Assembly: GCA_964541075.1 (NCBI GenBank)
Contig: CAZIPZ010000001.1
Span: forward strand, 4,425 to 68,424
Origin: an uncultured Solibacteraceae bacterium
GTDB taxonomy: Bacteria; Acidobacteriota; Terriglobia; 20CM-2-55-15
Length of the DNA stretch: 64,000 nucleotides
Reading direction: 5' to 3'
Shown piece by piece: positions 9,018 through 18,178 of the stretch (its first letter is position 1; each line of letters begins with the position of its first letter). The translations under genes were made by a program, and so were the position numbers. Under the pieces are notes generated by a model that did not search any database, was not told the origin of the DNA, and worked only from the letters and a program-made list of their open reading frames with translations.

Positions 9018-10250
9018 TTGAACTCTCAGGCCGGGGCTGCACTGATCATCGCTCTGATGTTTCTCTTTTTCCTCACGATGCTTGGCGGAGCTCTATTGAC
9101 GACTTCCACTGTCGACATCCGCATCAGCGATAACTTCAACAGCGCGACCAGGCTTTTTTATCTTGCTGAGGCCGGAATTGAACAGGCCCGCGAGAACATC
9201 CGCAGTTCTCCTGACTCGCCAACGCAACTGCTGATTGCGGCAGCCGGCGCCGACCTCGCCATCTCCACGTCCACAGATCTGGACATCCTCATCGAAGGCG
9301 ACGATGCGCCGTTCATCGACAACTCCGTGCTCACGGATGCTTCCGGCAGGCTTGTCGGCTCCCTGTATGTTTGGATCCGCAATGATGTGGCGGACGCTAT
9401 GAGTTCCAGGACGGATTCTAATGACGTGTTGACCCTTCTTAGCGTTGCGTCAATTGGCTCGAACCGGAAGGTTGTTGAGGCAACAATCAAGAAGGGGAGA
9501 TTTCCGCGGTTGCCCGCCGCACTGATGCTAGATGGTCCCCTCGATGGCTTCGACAATGACACGTCATCGGCGTTTTCAATCCGTGGATACGACTCCGCGG
9601 ATTCCAATCTGAGGGCGAGCGCGATTGGAGTCACTGACGATATTGACGTCTCGCGAATTGCGGATGCACTAAGCGGTGATCCCGATCGGTCTGGCAACTA
9701 CATGGGCGCTGGCGGGATCGTGCCAAATATTGCGAATCACAATAGCGACCTGAGCGTTTCGTTGAAAACAGTTGGCGGACTTGAAAAGCTTGTTACGCGG
9801 ATGACGGAAAGCGCCAATGTGGTTCTTAACCCGCCGTTCGGCACGGCAGCGATGCTAACCGACGTAGGTTCGCCCGCGGATTATCAGGTCGTCGTTGTAA
9901 ACGGTGATGTGAACCTCGGGCCCGGCAACGGATACGGAACGCTTTTGGTCCGGGGAAATATTAGGGTCGAAGGCAATTTCACATGGAATGGTCTGATACT
10001 GCTCATCGGTCAGGGCGGCTTTCATTGGAATGACGGTCGAAACGGAGTGGTGAACGGCGGAGTGTTTTTGGGACGAACGCGTGCGGACGACCGGTCCGAC
10101 GGTAATCCACTTGGAACTCTCCTCACGGTCCGGGGAGGAGTCACCGCCGATTTCCACGGCGCAAACGGCGTCATTCGATACGACGCGGCCGGAATTGAGG
10201 CGGCTAATAAACGGTTTCCCTATACTCCGATTGCGATTAAAGAATATTGA
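9018..10250 (+). CDS. PilX N-terminal domain protein (type IV pilus minor-pilin/assembly-like) with C-terminal beta-helix-like G/N-rich region
   Basis: AALIIALMFLFFLTMLGGALLTTSTVDIRISDNFNSATRLFYLAEAGIEQAR matches PilX_N architecture. GGAGG-like RBS before TTG 9018 (track start 8973 is in the same frame). No other pilus genes nearby. Confidence 0.6.
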   Translation: MNSQAGAALIIALMFLFFLTMLGGALLTTSTVDIRISDNFNSATRLFYLAEAGIEQARENIRSSPDSPTQLLIAAAGADLAISTSTDLDILIEGDDAPFIDNSVLTDASGRLVGSLYVWIRNDVADAMSSRTDSNDVLTLLSVASIGSNRKVVEATIKKGRFPRLPAALMLDGPLDGFDNDTSSAFSIRGYDSADSNLRASAIGVTDDIDVSRIADALSGDPDRSGNYMGAGGIVPNIANHNSDLSVSLKTVGGLEKLVTRMTESANVVLNPPFGTAAMLTDVGSPADYQVVVVNGDVNLGPGNGYGTLLVRGNIRVEGNFTWNGLILLIGQGGFHWNDGRNGVVNGGVFLGRTRADDRSDGNPLGTLLTVRGGVTADFHGANGVIRYDAAGIEAANKRFPYTPIAIKEY

Positions 10251-10265
10251 GCGGTCTGGAACTCT

Positions 10266-10574
10266 CTACCCCTTGGCTTCCCGGGTTTTCCCGCTGGCCC
10301 CCGGGTCTTCATACAGATACTTCACGCGGCTCTTGTATATAAAAAGATTGGGTTGAGTTTCGCGGGTAATGCGGATGATGTCTTTGTCGTAGTATTCGAT
10401 CCACCCTCGGATTTCCTCACCGTCAATGAGCTTGACCACGACGGGTGTGCGATTCTTGGAAAGGCGATCGATGTACTCGGTCTCTCGGAAAGTCGTTTCT
10501 GGCGCGGATTGCCGCCGATCTCGTCTGCTCGTGTATTCGCTGTGTGTTCGTATTGCCATCTGCAAAGTATTCAA
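10266..10574 (-). CDS. hfq: Hfq-like Sm-fold RNA chaperone with ~40-aa N-terminal extension
   Basis: EYIDRLSKNRTPVVVKLIDGEEIRGWIEYYDKD resembles the Hfq N-helix plus Sm1 ([35 protein letters not shown]). IYKSRVKYLYE resembles Sm2 (VYKHAISTV). Stand-alone gene, not in the miaA-hfq-hflX context. Confidence 0.5.
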   Translation of the reverse strand: MNTLQMAIRTHSEYTSRRDRRQSAPETTFRETEYIDRLSKNRTPVVVKLIDGEEIRGWIEYYDKDIIRITRETQPNLFIYKSRVKYLYEDPGASGKTREAKG

Positions 10575-10596
10575 TTTTCGATGTTAAGATTCAAGT

Positions 10597-11211
10597 GTGA
10601 AGATCGAAGCTCTATTGTTCGATTTGGGCAAGGTTCTCATTGATTTTAATTTTGAGACCGGAGTACAAGCCCTTCATTCCTGTTGTTCCATTTCCAGAGA
10701 TCGTCTGGAGGAAGTCCTCTGGGACGAGCACTGGATACGGCGTTACGAGCGCGGAGAAATTTCGACAGACGAGTTTCATGCCTATCTCTGTGCGTCGGCG
10801 AAACTGAATATCGGTATGCCGGCCTTCCGGGACATATGGTCGTCAGTTTTTCTTCCCGACATGATTGTCTCCGAGAAACTGCTGGCGGCGCTCAAGCGTC
10901 GCTATCCCCTGATTCTCGTGTCCAACACGAACGAGGCTCATGCGGAATTCATCAAATCTCGGTATCGTGTGTTCGAATATTTCGACCACCACATCCTTTC
11001 GTACGAAGTAGGTTCCTTGAAACCCGACTCTCATATCTTCCAATGCGCCATCAAGGCTTCCGGGCTTCCTCCTCAGGCGCTATTTTTCACTGATGACCGC
11101 GAGGAGAACATTGAGACCGCAAAGCGCCTCGGAATTCAAGCCCACCAGTTCGTCTCCGTGCCCCTTCTAATGGATGCGATGCGAAATATTGGAATTGAAA
11201 CGGAAGATTAG
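10597..11211 (+). CDS. HAD-IA hydrolase, YihX-like (glucose-1-phosphatase family)
   Basis: Block-by-block similarity to E. coli YihX: FDLGKVLIDFNFE, ERGEISTDEF, LVSNTNEAH, FFTDDREENIETAKRLGI. GTG start. Confidence 0.75.
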   Translation: MKIEALLFDLGKVLIDFNFETGVQALHSCCSISRDRLEEVLWDEHWIRRYERGEISTDEFHAYLCASAKLNIGMPAFRDIWSSVFLPDMIVSEKLLAALKRRYPLILVSNTNEAHAEFIKSRYRVFEYFDHHILSYEVGSLKPDSHIFQCAIKASGLPPQALFFTDDREENIETAKRLGIQAHQFVSVPLLMDAMRNIGIETED

Positions 11212-11244
11212 AGCCGGAAAGCAGAAAACAGGGGAACGTTCTCA

Positions 11245-12084
11245 ATGCCTCGCAAGATCTTTGTGATTTCGGATTCGACCGGCGCCACTGCGGAACACGT
11301 GCTGCAAGCGGCCCTGGCGCAGTTTGATGCCAAGGATGTGAACATCGAACGGCGATCAAAGGTTCGAACGCCTGAAGGAATCCGGGCTTTGGTTGAGGAA
11401 GCTGCGGAAAGCGGGACAATGCTCGTTCATACCCTTGCTGAAACGGAGCTTCGACGGGAAATTTACCTCAGGGCGACGGAGCGAGGAGTCCGTTGCGTGG
11501 ATCTTCTCGGAAATCTCCTGTCCGATTTGAGCGCGTTTCTGGGCGCCGCGCCAGGCGGGGTTCCTGGGGGTTTGCACCATTTTGACGAGAGTTCGTATCG
11601 TCGGTTGGATGCGCTCACGTTCGTTGTAAAGCATGACGATGGTCTTGGTCTGGATGATCTCCATCGTGCTGAGATTGTGCTTCTGGGCATATCCCGTACA
11701 TCCAAGACGCCGCTATCCATTTACCTCGCAGTGAGAGGATATTTCGTCGCAAACGTTCCGATCGTCCAGGATGTGGAGCCGCCTAAAGAAATCTTCCAGA
11801 TCGATCAGCGAAAGATTGTTGCGCTCCGGATGGATCCCTCCCGACTCAAACATATCCGGGAGGTGCGCCTGAAATCATTCCGTGAGGACGTTCGCGAGAC
11901 GTATACCGATCATTCGTCGATTTACCGCGAAGTGGCGTATGCCGACGCACTGTTCAAAAGGGAATCCTGGCCGGTCGTCGATATGACCCTGAAATCTCTG
12001 GAAGAAGTCGCCGTGGAAGTGCTCAGCCTTGCCACCAACCTGCCTTATCACCGCCCTTCGATGACCAATGATGTCAACTTGTGA
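11245..12084 (+). CDS. PEP synthetase / pyruvate-phosphate dikinase regulatory protein (PpsR/PDRP, DUF299 kinase-pyrophosphorylase)
   Basis: KIFVISDSTGATAE and HDDGLGLDDLHRAEIVLLGISRTSKTPLSIYLA match PpsR/YdiA conserved blocks. No ppsA/ppdK adjacent. Confidence 0.8.
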   Translation: MPRKIFVISDSTGATAEHVLQAALAQFDAKDVNIERRSKVRTPEGIRALVEEAAESGTMLVHTLAETELRREIYLRATERGVRCVDLLGNLLSDLSAFLGAAPGGVPGGLHHFDESSYRRLDALTFVVKHDDGLGLDDLHRAEIVLLGISRTSKTPLSIYLAVRGYFVANVPIVQDVEPPKEIFQIDQRKIVALRMDPSRLKHIREVRLKSFREDVRETYTDHSSIYREVAYADALFKRESWPVVDMTLKSLEEVAVEVLSLATNLPYHRPSMTNDVNL

Positions 12085-12379
12085 CGGGCTGGAAATGAAC
12101 GGTCTGGGGGTGCAGCCATCAAGTAATGGAAGTCTTTGCTGGTTTCCAAGTAGAATGGGGACGCTCGCAATGACCCATAAAGCTCACGACCAAACAGATC
12201 CGCATTGATTGCGCTTCTTGCTGATTGTGGGTTGGGCCCACCGCGAATAATACAGGCGGACAGCCGCCGGGAACCTCTCACCGGCTGTTTCACCGGATGG
12301 AGCTGAACTTCAGTATTCATGCAAGGGACTGCTGAGACCTTTAAACGGAAGTTCGACATGGAAGTCAAACCTCGATTCG

Positions 12380-14635
12380 ATGAACATGTTTGAATTCTTC
12401 TTCAAATACAACCCGATCATCTACGAAAGAGGACGGCTGGCGTTCCAGTTGGTCGGTTCACCCGCTTGGTTTGCACTTTTCGTTTTGGCCGCGGCAGTTG
12501 GCGCCTATTTCGCCTACCGGAATGTCGCCAGCGACAAATATTCCATCGGCTTGGTTGTTTTGCGCGCCATGACTTTCGCCATCCTCGCCTTTATTTTCCT
12601 AAGACCGGTGCTGAACATTTCGACCGTTCTGCCACAGGAAAGCTATATGGCGGTGGTGATCGATAACTCTGAAAGCATGAAGATTCGCGACGAGGGCGAG
12701 CAAACTCGCGCTGAACTCCTTCAAGCACAGTTGGAGTCCACGAATTTTTTCAAGCGGTTGTCGGATAAATTTCGTGTTCGGACGTATCGCTTTGATAGCG
12801 ATGCAGAGCGTATCGAGAGATTGGATCGGATGACTTACGAAGGTAAACGGACCAGACTCGAATCCGCAACGAACCTTCTTCAGCAGGAATTGGCATCCGT
12901 ACCACTGTCAGGCGTGGTTCTGATTACTGACGGGGTAGACAACGCATCGCAGCAGTGGGCGGACTCCCTAGCCAAACTCGAATCGCGCAGGATTCCTTTT
13001 TATACGGTCGGGGTTGGTTCTGAGCACATCACGCAAGATGCGGAAATTATCAAGGTCGCTGCTCCGCGGGACACCATGAAAGAGTCCACTGCGGTTATGG
13101 ACGTATCTTTCAGAAGTTTCGGATTTGCGGGCCGCAAAGCGACGCTATATGTGCGCGAGAACAATGTGCTGTTGAAATCGGAAGAGATAACGCTTCCGAA
13201 AGACGGTGAAATTTCCGAGAAGTCCCTGGACATCCCTTCGAACAACGAAGGTCTCCGAACCTTTTCTTTCTCCATCCAGGTTCAGGGCGATCGCATTCCT
13301 GAGAATAACAATCTGGACGCTCTCGTTCAGGTGAAGAACGATCATCCCCAGATCCTTTACATTGAAGGCGAGCCCCGCTGGGAGTTCAAATTCCTGCGTC
13401 GGGCGATGCAGGACGATCAGAATATTCATCTGGTGACCCTGTTGCGATCATCTCAAAACAAGTTCTACCGCCAGGGTATCGACAATGAGGAGATGCTTGC
13501 CGAAGGCTTCCCCAAAAAGCGGGAAGAGTTGTTCCGCTACAAAGGGCTGATTTTCGGAAGCATCGAGTCCACATTCTTCAGTCAGGACCAACTCAATATG
13601 GTGGTGGATTTCGTTAGCCAGCGAGGCGGTGGGTTCCTGATGACCGGCGGCCGGAATTCGTTCGGCGGCGGAAGATACCAGAACAGTCCGATCGCTGAGA
13701 TTCTGCCGGTCCAAATGGCGGCGGATGATCGTGTTCCAATCCTTGATCGCATCAAGGTCCTGCTTACGGACTACGGGCGGACCCATACCCTGATGAAGCT
13801 TTCCCCCGATGCCAGCGCCAATGTCAAGCAGTGGTCAGATATGCCGCCTCTTAACGACTTTAACAGGACGCTCGAGGCAAAAGTCGGCGGTATTGTTCTG
13901 GCGCGCGGTTCACCGGAACTAAAAACCAACGGTGATCCGATTCTCCTCGCCTACCAGCGCTATGGCCGGGGACGCACCATGGCGTTCACAAGCGGCAGCA
14001 GCTGGCGATGGCAAATGGAAATGGATCACGAGGACATGACCTACGAGCTTTTCTGGAAGCAGATCCTGCGCTGGCTCGTAAGCTCCTCCCCGGATCCTGT
14101 GATGGTCAATACCGATAAGGACACGTATCTGCCGGGCGAGCCTGTTCGGGTCTACGCAGAGGTTTCCGACAAGAGTTTCAATCGCATGAACAATGCTCGC
14201 GTTTTGGCGAAGATTACAAATCCAGCCGGAGTAACAGAATCCAGAGTGCTGGATTGGAGTGGAGCCCAGGATGGTGCGTATCGCAGTGAGATCAATGCCG
14301 GCGAGCCAGGTCTCTATCAAATTGAAGTCGATGCGGCTCAAGGCTCAGAAAATCTAGGTGTAAATCGAACAGCCTTTCAGGTGCAGGATCGACCAATCGA
14401 GTACTACAACGCCTCCTTGGATACGCGTCTGCTCCAGGGCGTGGCTGACGGCACGGGAGGCCGCTATTATCCGCTGTCGCGGATCGGCGAACTTCCCGAT
14501 GATGCGGTGTATGTTGAGGGAGAGACGTCTTTCGTAGAGCAAAAGGAGCTTTGGGATGTGCCATTCCTCTTTATGCTCCTCTGCATGACCTTGGGCGGCG
14601 AGTGGTTCTGGAGAAAGAAGAAGGGCCTAGCATGA
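12380..14635 (+). CDS. Membrane vWA-domain protein with GATase1-like domain (BatB-like), first gene of MoxR-vWA cluster
   Basis: N-terminal TM helices. vWA MIDAS (VVIDNSESM). Class-I glutamine-amidotransferase-like block GGGFLMTGGRNSFGGG. C-terminal TM plus KKKG. Confidence 0.7.
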   Translation: MNMFEFFFKYNPIIYERGRLAFQLVGSPAWFALFVLAAAVGAYFAYRNVASDKYSIGLVVLRAMTFAILAFIFLRPVLNISTVLPQESYMAVVIDNSESMKIRDEGEQTRAELLQAQLESTNFFKRLSDKFRVRTYRFDSDAERIERLDRMTYEGKRTRLESATNLLQQELASVPLSGVVLITDGVDNASQQWADSLAKLESRRIPFYTVGVGSEHITQDAEIIKVAAPRDTMKESTAVMDVSFRSFGFAGRKATLYVRENNVLLKSEEITLPKDGEISEKSLDIPSNNEGLRTFSFSIQVQGDRIPENNNLDALVQVKNDHPQILYIEGEPRWEFKFLRRAMQDDQNIHLVTLLRSSQNKFYRQGIDNEEMLAEGFPKKREELFRYKGLIFGSIESTFFSQDQLNMVVDFVSQRGGGFLMTGGRNSFGGGRYQNSPIAEILPVQMAADDRVPILDRIKVLLTDYGRTHTLMKLSPDASANVKQWSDMPPLNDFNRTLEAKVGGIVLARGSPELKTNGDPILLAYQRYGRGRTMAFTSGSSWRWQMEMDHEDMTYELFWKQILRWLVSSSPDPVMVNTDKDTYLPGEPVRVYAEVSDKSFNRMNNARVLAKITNPAGVTESRVLDWSGAQDGAYRSEINAGEPGLYQIEVDAAQGSENLGVNRTAFQVQDRPIEYYNASLDTRLLQGVADGTGGRYYPLSRIGELPDDAVYVEGETSFVEQKELWDVPFLFMLLCMTLGGEWFWRKKKGLA

Positions 14636-15564
14636 TTTCCAGATTGCTGCTCGTTTTATTCCTTCTATTCCCGGCGAAGGTTTGGGCCGATTCCTCAGCA
14701 CTGATTCTCACCGGCGTTGCGGGCGACCCGGAGCATGCTGAAAAGTTCACAAAGTGGACAGACAGCACCCGCAAGACTCTGGTCGAGAAATTCGATTTTT
14801 CGCCTGACCGGGTTGTCGCCCTTGTGGATAAGAAGGCGACTCGCGATGAGATTCGAAAAACCTTTGCGGCGCTGAAGAGTCAGCTGAAGCCCCTCGATAC
14901 CTTCTTCTTGTTTTTCATCGGTCACGGCAGCTACGAAGGCGACTACAAATTCAACATTAGCGGTCCCGACCTGACTGGCGCCGAATACGGCGAACTTTTG
15001 AACACGCTTAGCGTAGGGCGCATCGTCGTTGTCAACAGCACTAGCGCCAGTGGCGGCGTCATCGACAAGATGATGGGAAAGAATCGGATTGTCGTTACGG
15101 CCACACGCAGTGGTCAGGAAGGCAACGAGACGGTGTTCTATGAGCACTTCCTTGCCGCCCTGGAGGATCCTGCCAGCGATCAGGATAAGAACGGACAGAC
15201 CAGCGTGTGGGAAGCTTTCAAATATGCAACTGCCGCTGTGGAACGCTTTTACAAGGACGAAGGCCGCCTTGCGACGGAGCACGCCCAGATTTCCGACAAT
15301 GGCGCCGACAAAGTCGGATCCAATGTTCCAGAGCCACCGGCTTTGGCCCGCGCCATAGGGTTCCGGGTGGACCGCCAGGTTGCTTCGGGTGATCCCAAGG
15401 TCCAGGCGCTGCTGGCCGAAAAACGAGGAATCGAACAGAAGATTGAAGCCCTGCGGCTGATCAAAGACACCATGCTGGAAGAGCAATACCAAAAAGAAAT
15501 GGAAGAGCTGCTCGTCGACCTCGCGCTCAAGAACCAACAGATTCGCGCACTGGAGAAGAAATGA
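14632..15564 (+). CDS. Secreted legumain/C13-fold (caspase-hemoglobinase) protein with Ser replacing the catalytic Cys, and C-terminal coiled coil
   Basis: Signal peptide MISRLLLVLFLLFPAKVWA. Aligns block-wise with legumain: ALILTGVAG, FFLFFIGHGSYEG (the His block) and RIVVVNSTSASGG versus KMVFYIEACESGS (the Cys position carries Ser). ATGA overlap with the upstream stop. Confidence 0.55.
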   Translation: MISRLLLVLFLLFPAKVWADSSALILTGVAGDPEHAEKFTKWTDSTRKTLVEKFDFSPDRVVALVDKKATRDEIRKTFAALKSQLKPLDTFFLFFIGHGSYEGDYKFNISGPDLTGAEYGELLNTLSVGRIVVVNSTSASGGVIDKMMGKNRIVVTATRSGQEGNETVFYEHFLAALEDPASDQDKNGQTSVWEAFKYATAAVERFYKDEGRLATEHAQISDNGADKVGSNVPEPPALARAIGFRVDRQVASGDPKVQALLAEKRGIEQKIEALRLIKDTMLEEQYQKEMEELLVDLALKNQQIRALEKK

Positions 15565-18176
15565 AAAATCACTTCAGATTCAGTATCGCGATCCGGCGTT
15601 CTAGAAACCATCGTCCAGCACGGCGAATCCTGAATCCAGCTTCGGAAATTCCAAATCCAAAGCTGCTGGCGCTTCTACTGCTTCCATTCCTCCTCCTGAG
15701 CTGCGGCGCCTTATGGCAGACTGATGCCAACACCGCTGTCGAGATGGCGCGAACCGGCCAGTATAAAGAGGCGGCAGCCGTCCTTGAAGCTGCAGTGGCC
15801 AAGGGCAACGTCGAGCAACCAGTGGTCGAAGGGCTTTACTATTCGTGGATTCGTCAGGGCGAGTATGAGAAAACGCGCGAGCGTTTCGAGTCGTGGTCCA
15901 CGGAGTATGCGAAAGCGGGACCCATACGGCTCAGCGCAGCGCGCGTGAATCATATTGTGGGAAACCAAGATCGGGCGCTCACTCATCTGGAACCGATCCT
16001 CAGCTACTCAGACGTCGGCATCGCCGCCCAATTCGAGAAAGCCCAGGTTCTCGATGGTATGGGAAAGCGCGAGGACGCGAATGCGATCTATCAGAGGATG
16101 ATCACCGCTTTCCAAGACGGCATTATTCGCGCTCCTCGGGATTTGTTCTGGGTTGCGCGTGCAATGTGGGCGACTGAATATTTTCATGACGCTAACGATG
16201 TTTTCAAGATGGTTGCGGAAGCCGATCCACGAAACGCAGAACTCTTCGTCGCATGGGGTGATCTGCTCGCCGAAAAATATAACGAGCCTGAAGCGATTGC
16301 CAGCTACCAGGACGCTCTGAAGATCGATCCGAATATGCCCGAAGCACAGGTCGGGCTTGCGCGAACCTACTCCTTGTCCGATCCCGAGAAAGCATCGAAG
16401 GCGCTCGAAGCCGCTCTTCGCATTAATCCAAATTCCATCGATGGCAACCTATTGGTTGTGGAGCAGGACATCGACTCCGAGCAGTTTGATAAAGCCGTCG
16501 AGGACGTCAAGAAAGTGTTTGCCGTCAACCCGCAATCGATCGAAGCCTTGAGCCTCTTGGCCTCCATACATTTCCTGCGTGACAACAAGACAGAGTTCAA
16601 TAGCTATGTCGAACGGGTTCTTCAAGCGAATCCGCTTTACAGCGAACTCTTCTACACGCTTGCGGATAACTGCGTTTCCGTTCGACTGTACGACCAGGCC
16701 GTCACGTTCGCTCGCGAAGCCATTCGTTTGAATCCGCGCGATTGGAAGGCGATGAGTCTCTTGGGCGTCAACCTATTACGCCTCGGGCAGGAGACGGAAG
16801 GGAAGGCGATGCTCGAGAAGGCATACGAGGGAGACCCATTCAACGTCTGGAACGTGAATACCCTGAGGCTGCTCGGCAGCTTTCCGAAGTTCGACCGGTT
16901 TGAAACCCCGCATTTTCGAGTAATGCTCCACAAAAAGGAAAGCGCGGCGTTGCGTCCATACGTTACGGAGCTTCTCGAAAAAGCCCACAAGGTGCTCAGT
17001 GCAAAATACGAATTCACACCATCCGGTCCGATTGTCTTTGAAATGTATCCGGACCATGCGGACTTCGCTGTCCGCACCCTAGGGCTTCCGGGCATCGGCG
17101 CTCTGGGTGTTTGCTTCGGAAGGTTGTTCGTCATGGATTCGCCATCAGCACGAAAACCTGATGAATTCAATTGGGGAAGCACACTCTGGCATGAATTCGC
17201 ACACGTGATCACACTTCAGATTACGGATCACAAGGTTCCTCGCTGGTTTTCTGAAGGACTATCGGTTTTTGAAGAACGGAAGGCGTTCCCCGGTTGGGGA
17301 GATGATCTCAAGATCGAATATCTCGGCGCGATCAAGGGCAAGAAGCTCTTGCCTATAGCCGAGTTGAACAACGGATTCATAAGGCCGAAGTTTCCTGAGC
17401 AGGTTCTTGTTTCCTATTATCAGGCTTCGATCATTTGCGACTTCATTGAGAGTAAGTATGGCTTTGCTGCAATTCGCCAAATGCTCGCGCTGTACAAGGG
17501 GGGGAAGAATACGGCCGAGGTCTTCAAGGGCGCTCTGAACATTACGCTCGACCAATTTGACACGGACTTCTTCAAGTGGGTCGACGACAAGGTTCGCGGG
17601 ATAGAAATTCCGGTATTCACCAAGCTGATCAGCAGTGGACAAGAGCAGTTCGCGAAGGGTGACACAGATGCCGCAATCGAAACACTGAAGAGCGCCATCG
17701 AGATGTATCCGGAATATTCGGATGAGCACAATGCTTATGAGCCTCTTGCTGACGCCTATCTCAAAAAGGGTGACAAGCCGGCTGCCATCGAAGTCTTGAG
17801 AAAATTCTTGACCTATTCGGAAACGAGTTATCGGAGTTACTTGAAACTTGCGGAACTGCTCGAGGAAAAGGGCGATCTTCCGGGTGCCGTGCAGGCGCTT
17901 GAGGGATCCATTTACGTCAGGCCCCTGGACATGCAGGACCATCAAAAACTTGGCGATATCTTATTGACTCAAAAGCAGTGGAACGGGGCAGCGCGTGAAT
18001 TTGAAACACTGGTCGCACTAAACCCGCCGGACCGCGCTGGCGCGTACTATAGGCTGGCACAGGCATACCTTGGCCAAGGAAATAATCAGGAAGCTCGAAA
18101 GAACGTTCTTAAATCGCTGGAGATAGCTCCGTCATTCGAGCCGGCTCAGGAATTGTTATTAAAAATTGTGAGGTAA
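15561..18176 (+). CDS. TPR-repeat lipoprotein with embedded gluzincin-type metallopeptidase motif (peptidase MA-like)
   Basis: Lipobox LLLSC. Multiple TPR repeats in both halves. HEFAH...(17 aa)...E (WHEFAHVITLQITDHKVPRWFSEGLSVFEE) has gluzincin spacing. ATGA overlap with the upstream gene. Confidence 0.7.
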   Translation: MKNHFRFSIAIRRSRNHRPARRILNPASEIPNPKLLALLLLPFLLLSCGALWQTDANTAVEMARTGQYKEAAAVLEAAVAKGNVEQPVVEGLYYSWIRQGEYEKTRERFESWSTEYAKAGPIRLSAARVNHIVGNQDRALTHLEPILSYSDVGIAAQFEKAQVLDGMGKREDANAIYQRMITAFQDGIIRAPRDLFWVARAMWATEYFHDANDVFKMVAEADPRNAELFVAWGDLLAEKYNEPEAIASYQDALKIDPNMPEAQVGLARTYSLSDPEKASKALEAALRINPNSIDGNLLVVEQDIDSEQFDKAVEDVKKVFAVNPQSIEALSLLASIHFLRDNKTEFNSYVERVLQANPLYSELFYTLADNCVSVRLYDQAVTFAREAIRLNPRDWKAMSLLGVNLLRLGQETEGKAMLEKAYEGDPFNVWNVNTLRLLGSFPKFDRFETPHFRVMLHKKESAALRPYVTELLEKAHKVLSAKYEFTPSGPIVFEMYPDHADFAVRTLGLPGIGALGVCFGRLFVMDSPSARKPDEFNWGSTLWHEFAHVITLQITDHKVPRWFSEGLSVFEERKAFPGWGDDLKIEYLGAIKGKKLLPIAELNNGFIRPKFPEQVLVSYYQASIICDFIESKYGFAAIRQMLALYKGGKNTAEVFKGALNITLDQFDTDFFKWVDDKVRGIEIPVFTKLISSGQEQFAKGDTDAAIETLKSAIEMYPEYSDEHNAYEPLADAYLKKGDKPAAIEVLRKFLTYSETSYRSYLKLAELLEEKGDLPGAVQALEGSIYVRPLDMQDHQKLGDILLTQKQWNGAAREFETLVALNPPDRAGAYYRLAQAYLGQGNNQEARKNVLKSLEIAPSFEPAQELLLKIVR

Positions 18177-18178
18177 AA

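Noticed and set aside
12085-12379. tRNA or small RNA in the 295-bp gap before the MoxR-vWA cluster, and minus-strand ORF 12048..12368
   Set aside because: No T-loop (GTTCRANYC) or acceptor-stem pattern is present. The ORF overlaps the ppsR 3' end and has nonsense-like composition. The region is more likely the promoter and leader of the cluster.
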